Origin: Methyloceanibacter sp.
GTDB taxonomy: Bacteria; Pseudomonadota; Alphaproteobacteria; Rhizobiales; Methyloligellaceae
DNA length: 39,448 bases
NCBI GenBank assembly: GCA_035575415.1
Contig: DATLXW010000129.1
Location: forward strand, 1 to 39,448
Direction of reading: 5' to 3'
Below are positions 34,992 to 39,448 of the stretch, piece by piece; the stretch's first letter is position 1, and every line of letters starts with the position of its first letter. Position numbers and translations under genes: made by a program. The notes beneath the pieces are model-generated. The model ran no database searches, was not told the origin of the DNA, and saw nothing but the letters and a program-made list of their open reading frames with translations.

Positions 34992-36107
34992 TTACTCCAG
35001 CGGCCGATGGCCGGCGACCTTGAGTCCATAGCCTTCGAGGCCGACGATCTTGCGGGCCGGCGAATTGGAGAGCAGCACCATCTCGTGTACGCCGAGATCG
35101 AGGAGGATTTGCGCGCCGATTCCGTATTCGATCAACCGCTGCTGACCGCCGGCTTCGGTATCTTGTTTGAAGCGCGCCGAGAGGGCGTCGGGGCGCGACT
35201 CGCGGATGACGACGATGACGCCTCGTCCCTCGCGGCCGACAATCTCCATGGCCTTGTGCACGGGAGTTTCGCGCCGCGAACCCGCCGAGATCACATCGTC
35301 GACGCTGTTTAGCGCATGCACGCGGACGAGCACGGGGGCACCGGAGGCGACGTCGCCTTTTACCAAAGCGAAATGCTCCGCCGGATCGACGGTCGTGGCG
35401 TAAACCTTGAGATCGAACGCGCCGCCGAAGGCGCTCTCGATCCGCGTTTCGGCCACCCGTTTGACGAGATGGTCGTAGCGCAGCCGGTAGGCGATCAAGT
35501 CGGCGATGGTGGCGATCTTGAGCCCGTGACGCTCTGCGAAGCCCATGAGATCGGGCAAGCGCGCCATGGTGCCGTCGTCGTTCATGATCTCGCAGATGAC
35601 CCCGGCCGGATAGAGGCCGGCGAGACGGGCGATATCGACGGCCGCTTCGGTGTGACCGGCCCGCACCAGCACGCCGCCCTCCTTGGCGAGAAGCGGAAAC
35701 ACGTGGCCCGGCGTCATGATGTCCCGGTAGTCCTTGGTCGGGTCAATGGCCACGGAGATGGTGTGTGCGCGGTCGTGCGCCGAAATGCCGGTGGAGACGC
35801 CTTCCCTCGCCTCGATGGAAACGGTGAATGCGGTGGCATGACGGCTGCGATTGGAGCGCGACATCAGCTCGAGATGGAGTTGCTTTGCGCGTTCCGGCGT
35901 CAGAGCGAGGCAAATCAGCCCGCGGCCGTATTTGGCCATGAAATTGATAGCATCCGGAGTCGCCATTTGCGCGGGGATGACGAGATCGCCCTCGTTCTCG
36001 CGCTCTTCGGCATCGACGAGGATGAACATGCGGCCGTTGCGCGCGTCGTCGATCACCTCTTCGATCGAGGAGAGGACGTGATGTTTGGGTCTCGCGGCGA
36101 GGGTCAC
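34992..36107 (-). CDS. ribB: 3,4-dihydroxy-2-butanone-4-phosphate synthase fused to a degenerate GTP cyclohydrolase II-like domain (RibBX type)
   Basis: D.EERENEGD, INFM...RGLIC, GISA.DRA.T, PGHVFPL, RAGHTEA, CEIMNDDG.MAR. The C-terminal domain has VRVH and YGIGAQIL.DLG but no Zn-binding cysteines. Confidence 0.93.
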   Translation of the reverse strand: MTLAARPKHHVLSSIEEVIDDARNGRMFILVDAEERENEGDLVIPAQMATPDAINFMAKYGRGLICLALTPERAKQLHLELMSRSNRSRHATAFTVSIEAREGVSTGISAHDRAHTISVAIDPTKDYRDIMTPGHVFPLLAKEGGVLVRAGHTEAAVDIARLAGLYPAGVICEIMNDDGTMARLPDLMGFAERHGLKIATIADLIAYRLRYDHLVKRVAETRIESAFGGAFDLKVYATTVDPAEHFALVKGDVASGAPVLVRVHALNSVDDVISAGSRRETPVHKAMEIVGREGRGVIVVIRESRPDALSARFKQDTEAGGQQRLIEYGIGAQILLDLGVHEMVLLSNSPARKIVGLEGYGLKVAGHRPLE

Positions 36108-36709
36108 GGGGTTTTGCCTTCCATTTCTCTCAGTCGCGCCACGTAGCGCGCCAGGAGATCGACTTCAAGATTTACCAGATCGGAGGGGCGCCGGTCTTTC
36201 CATGTCGTATGCGCCAAAGTGTAGGGAACCACGTTTACACCGAAGCGGACGCCGTCGACGGAGTTAACCGTGAGCGATACCCCGTCAAGCGCAACCGAAC
36301 CTTTGGCGGCAATAAAGGGCGCCAACTCGGCGGGGCTGTCGAGGACGAAACGGATACTGTCGCCGTCTTGCTCGCGGGCGACGATCCTGGCGCAGCCGTC
36401 GATATGGCCGGTGACGAGATGGCCGCCGAGCTCCTCGCCGAGCGCCAGCGGACGTTCAAGATTGACGCGGCGGCCGACATTCCATTCCCCAAGGGTAGTA
36501 CGCGCCAGGGTCTCGTTGGAGACATCGACGGCGAAGACAGCATCGTCGCCATCGCCTTGGCCGCTTTCGACGATGGTGAGGCAGCAGCCGTCGCAGGCGA
36601 TGGAGGCGCCCGCCACGAGGCTGGTACGCTCGTAGGGGCAAGCGATCTCGAAACGCGAGCCTTCGCGCTTCTCGATTCTGCCTATGCCGCTGACAATGCC
36701 CGTGAACAT
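36104..36709 (-). CDS. ribE: Riboflavin synthase (alpha chain)
   Basis: N-terminal MFTGIV at ATG 36709, GASIA.DG.CLT, VNLER, GGHLVTGH.DG, KGSVALDGVSLTVN, VNLEVD. Confidence 0.96.
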   Translation of the reverse strand: MFTGIVSGIGRIEKREGSRFEIACPYERTSLVAGASIACDGCCLTIVESGQGDGDDAVFAVDVSNETLARTTLGEWNVGRRVNLERPLALGEELGGHLVTGHIDGCARIVAREQDGDSIRFVLDSPAELAPFIAAKGSVALDGVSLTVNSVDGVRFGVNVVPYTLAHTTWKDRRPSDLVNLEVDLLARYVARLREMEGKTP

Positions 36710-37836
36710 CGCCGGTCCCGCCGCCACGCTGTCATCCGGTCGGGGCCGAAAGAGCGCGCTTCGATTTGCGAGAAATGACCGCTTGCGGTCAATCGATCAA
36801 GACTGTCGCCGGCAAAGGGCGGGAGCCCGTCGGGACCGGCGGGCCTGTGGCCTTGGTAAATGAAGGCTTCGTCGATGAGATCGGCATCGAGAAAAGCGCG
36901 CGCCACTTGCGGCCCGCCTTCGACGAGAAGGCGGGTGATGCCGCGCATTGCCAAGGTCTCGAGCACGTCGCGGACGCTCAGCAGGCCGCATTCGTCGACC
37001 GGCACCGGAACGATCTCGGCGCCGCGATCCTGTAAGGCGTCCATATCCGGATGTTCCTCTTCGGAACAGACGAGCCACACCGGCACCATCATGTCGTTGA
37101 AGAGACGCGCGTCGGGCGGCGTGCGCAGACGCCGGTCGAGAACGACGCGGACCGGCGAGCGGCAGGACATGCCCGGCAGACGGCAAGTGAGACTGGGATT
37201 GTCCGCCTCGATCGTGCCGCGGCCGACCAGAATGGCATCGTTGCGGGCCCTGAGGAGATGGCCGTGGGCGCGCGCGTCGGGGCCGGTGATCCAGACCGGC
37301 GCCCCCTCCCCTCTCGGCATCAGCCCATCGCTGCCCACGGCGAGTTTCAATGTAACGGCGGGCCGTCCTTGAGTAACGCGCAGAATGTGGCCCAAGGCGA
37401 TCTCTATTGCTTCGTCGGCCAGCACGCCCTCTCTCACCTCGATTCCGGCACCCGCAAGCCGCGCCGATCCGCGCCCCGCGGTGCGCGGATCGGGATCGGA
37501 AATCGCAATGACGGCACGGGCCAGTCCGGCGGCGATGATCGACTCGGCACAAGCCGGACCGCGGCCGCCGTCATGGGCGCAAGGCTCGAGAGTGACGTAG
37601 AGGGTGCCGCCGCGGGCGAACTCTCCGGCTCGCTCGAGCGCAACCGCCTCGGCATGCGGGCGGCCGCCGGGGGCGGTCCAGCCGCGGCCAGCGATTTCTC
37701 CGGTCCGGGAAACGACGACCGCGCCCACCGAAGGGTTCGGCCAAGTGAGCCCAAGCCCGCGCCTGGCAAGTTGCAGCGCTTGCGCCATATGGTGTTCGTC
37801 GCTTGCGCTCATGGGCCGAAATGTAGTGAGTGCCAT
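36682..37836 (-). CDS. ribD: Bifunctional pyrimidine deaminase/reductase RibD
   Basis: PNPSVGAV, HAE, TLEPC.H.....AC, KLA...DG, WITG, NPSLTCR, LLVEGG. ATG 37836 (TGATG coupling to nrdR) or ATG 37812. Confidence 0.95.
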   Translation of the reverse strand: MALTTFRPMSASDEHHMAQALQLARRGLGLTWPNPSVGAVVVSRTGEIAGRGWTAPGGRPHAEAVALERAGEFARGGTLYVTLEPCAHDGGRGPACAESIIAAGLARAVIAISDPDPRTAGRGSARLAGAGIEVREGVLADEAIEIALGHILRVTQGRPAVTLKLAVGSDGLMPRGEGAPVWITGPDARAHGHLLRARNDAILVGRGTIEADNPSLTCRLPGMSCRSPVRVVLDRRLRTPPDARLFNDMMVPVWLVCSEEEHPDMDALQDRGAEIVPVPVDECGLLSVRDVLETLAMRGITRLLVEGGPQVARAFLDADLIDEAFIYQGHRPAGPDGLPPFAGDSLDRLTASGHFSQIEARSFGPDRMTAWRRDRRCSRALSAA

Positions 37837-38339
37837 CAATCTTCGGCAGAGGCCGAAGCCTTCCCGGAGTCGATTTCTTCGTCCTCGCCGGTCGCGGCAA
37901 GCTCGCCGAGCAAAGCCTCGAAATCCTTTGCCTCGCGGAAATTCTTGTACACCGAGGCGAAGCGAACATAGGCGACATCGTCGAGCGCCTTGAGCGCCTC
38001 CATGACAAGGCGTCCGATCGTCTCCGAGCGAATCTCGCTTTCGCCCATATTTTCCAGCCGGCGGACGATGCCGCTCACCATGCGCTCGACGCGCTCGGGA
38101 TCGACCGGGCGTTTGCGCAGAGCGACTTGCACCGAGCGCATCAATTTATCGCGATCGAAGGGCATACGGCGTCCTGACCGCTTGATGACGGTCAGCTCGC
38201 GCAGCTGCACGCGCTCGAACGTGGTGAAGCGGCCGCCGCAATCGGCACAGACGCGGCGGCGCCTAATCGTGGCGTGGTCCTCGCTCGGCCGCGAGTCCTT
38301 CACTTGCGTGTTGGTGCTGCCGCAATAGGGGCATCGCAT
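37836..38339 (-). CDS. nrdR: Transcriptional repressor NrdR
   Basis: MRCPYC...VKDSR....IRRRRVC..C..RFTTFE zinc ribbon, ATP cone, and [10 protein letters not shown]. Confidence 0.98.
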   Translation of the reverse strand: MRCPYCGSTNTQVKDSRPSEDHATIRRRRVCADCGGRFTTFERVQLRELTVIKRSGRRMPFDRDKLMRSVQVALRKRPVDPERVERMVSGIVRRLENMGESEIRSETIGRLVMEALKALDDVAYVRFASVYKNFREAKDFEALLGELAATGEDEEIDSGKASASAED

Positions 38340-38376
38340 GAGCGGCTGCCCTCCCCTGTTTTGCCGTCAACACGAC

Positions 38377-39447
38377 TCAGCGGTAAATCGGATAACGCTC
38401 GCAAAGCTCGATGGCGCGCTTCTTCACGCTCTCCTCGACGGCGCTATTGCCCTCGTCGCCCTTGGCGGCGAGCCCGTCGAGCACTTCGAGAATCATGCCC
38501 CCGATCTGCTGGAACTCGGCGATGCCGAAGCCGCGCGTCGTTCCGGCCGGAGAGCCGAGGCGAATGCCGGAGGTGACCGCTGGCTTCTCGGGATCGAAGG
38601 GCACGCCGTTCTTGTTGCAGGTGATATGCGCGCGGCCGAGCGCGACTTCCGCCGCTTTGCCCGTGAGCTTTTTCGGCCTCAGATCGACCAGCATCAAATG
38701 CGTGTCGGTGCCGCCTGAAACGAGCGCAAGGCCACCCTTAACCAGGGTCTCACCGAGCGCCTTGGCGTTGTCGATCACGTTCTTGGCGTAGAGCTTGAAT
38801 TCGGGGCGAAGGGCTTCGCCGAAGGCGACCGCCTTGGCGGCGATGATATGCATCAAGGGGCCGCCCTGAAGTCCGGGGAACACCGCCGAATTGATCTTCT
38901 TGCCGATTTCCTCGTCGTTCGAAAGCACCATGCCGGCGCGGGGTCCGCGCAACGTTTTGTGCGTCGTGGTGGTGACGACGTGGGCGTGCGGTAGCGGGCT
39001 CGGATGCAAGCCGGCGGCCACCAGACCGGCGAAATGCGCCATGTCCACCATGAGATAGGCGCCGACCGAATCGGCGATGGCCCGGAAGCGGGCGAAGTCG
39101 ATGATACGCGGATAGGCGGAGCCGCCGGCGATAATCAAAGCCGGCTTGTGTTCCTTGGCCAGGCGCTCGACCTCGTCATAATCGATGCGATGATCGTCCT
39201 TGCGCACGCCATACTGGACAGCGTTGAACCATTTTCCCGAGAGGTTGGGCGGGGCGCCATGCGTGAGATGGCCGCCGGAGGCGAGCGACATGCCGATGAC
39301 AGTGTCCCCAGGCTTGGTCAAGGCAAGCAGCACGGATTGATTGGCTTGCGAGCCGGAATGCGGCTGCACATTGGCGAAGGCGCAATTGAACAGGCGCTTG
39401 GCGCGGTCGATCGCCAATTGCTCGACGACATCGACGAACTGGCAGCC
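38377..39447 (-). CDS. glyA: Serine hydroxymethyltransferase (5' end beyond the right window edge)
   Basis: The frame is open to the window end ([12 protein letters not shown]...). Motifs [43 protein letters not shown] and SGIRLG are present. Confidence 0.98.
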   Translation of the reverse strand, partial: GCQFVDVVEQLAIDRAKRLFNCAFANVQPHSGSQANQSVLLALTKPGDTVIGMSLASGGHLTHGAPPNLSGKWFNAVQYGVRKDDHRIDYDEVERLAKEHKPALIIAGGSAYPRIIDFARFRAIADSVGAYLMVDMAHFAGLVAAGLHPSPLPHAHVVTTTTHKTLRGPRAGMVLSNDEEIGKKINSAVFPGLQGGPLMHIIAAKAVAFGEALRPEFKLYAKNVIDNAKALGETLVKGGLALVSGGTDTHLMLVDLRPKKLTGKAAEVALGRAHITCNKNGVPFDPEKPAVTSGIRLGSPAGTTRGFGIAEFQQIGGMILEVLDGLAAKGDEGNSAVEESVKKRAIELCERYPIYR

Positions 39448-39448
39448 G

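Noticed and set aside
37812-38377. FMN riboswitch ahead of the rib genes
   Set aside because: ribD is coupled directly to nrdR and the glyA-nrdR spacer is only 37 bp, leaving no room for an RFN element.
343-38791. Many long antisense or alternative-frame ORFs in the track (e.g. 343-1245, 3226-4422, 4803-5915, 9227-10303, 24400-25644, 27857-28936, 33007-34089)
   Set aside because: They shadow well-recognised genes, have no recognisable motifs, and are expected in high-GC DNA where stop codons are scarce.
1-39448. CRISPR array, prophage, IS element, toxin-antitoxin or anti-phage defence system
   Set aside because: There are no regularly spaced repeats, and nearly all sequence is accounted for by housekeeping or polysaccharide genes with short spacers.

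Overview
A GC-rich alphaproteobacterial chromosome segment, probably Hyphomicrobiales (inferred from gene order only). Almost all of it is core genome: recJ(partial)-glpX-hom-aminotransferase, phaC, argC-rpsI-rplM, enoyl-CoA hydratase-CoA-binding protein-metY, ctaA, tRNA-Pro(GGG)-MerR-ihfA-fabH-plsX-DUF177-Cbp3-like chaperone-bamE, hppA, and glyA(partial)-nrdR-ribD-ribE-ribB-ribH-nusB-thiL. The main multi-gene system (about 13.4-25.7 kb) is a Wzx/Wzy-dependent surface polysaccharide locus that resembles the rhizobial unipolar polysaccharide (upp) and Caulobacter holdfast-type adhesin loci. It encodes a deacetylase, GNAT acyltransferase, Wzc-like co-polymerase, short OPX lipoprotein, GT4, initiating transferase, GT2, Wzy-like protein and Wzx-like flippase. 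I see no integrase, transposase, prophage, CRISPR array or defence system, and I cannot honestly claim a wholly new biological system. The best leads are small-scale. Within the polysaccharide locus: a consensus sigma54 promoter, an exact 13-bp motif shared by two upstream regions, a Wzc with a degenerate kinase domain and a long low-complexity linker, and an OPX lacking a membrane-spanning helix. Elsewhere: a 48-codon ORF in a 220-bp repeat-bounded segment coupled to metY, an 18-bp perfect palindrome upstream of rplM, a PhaR-like site between phaC and a divergent 70-aa lipoprotein gene, and a CGTC-type REP-like element. All assignments come from manual motif recognition, and no database search was run.
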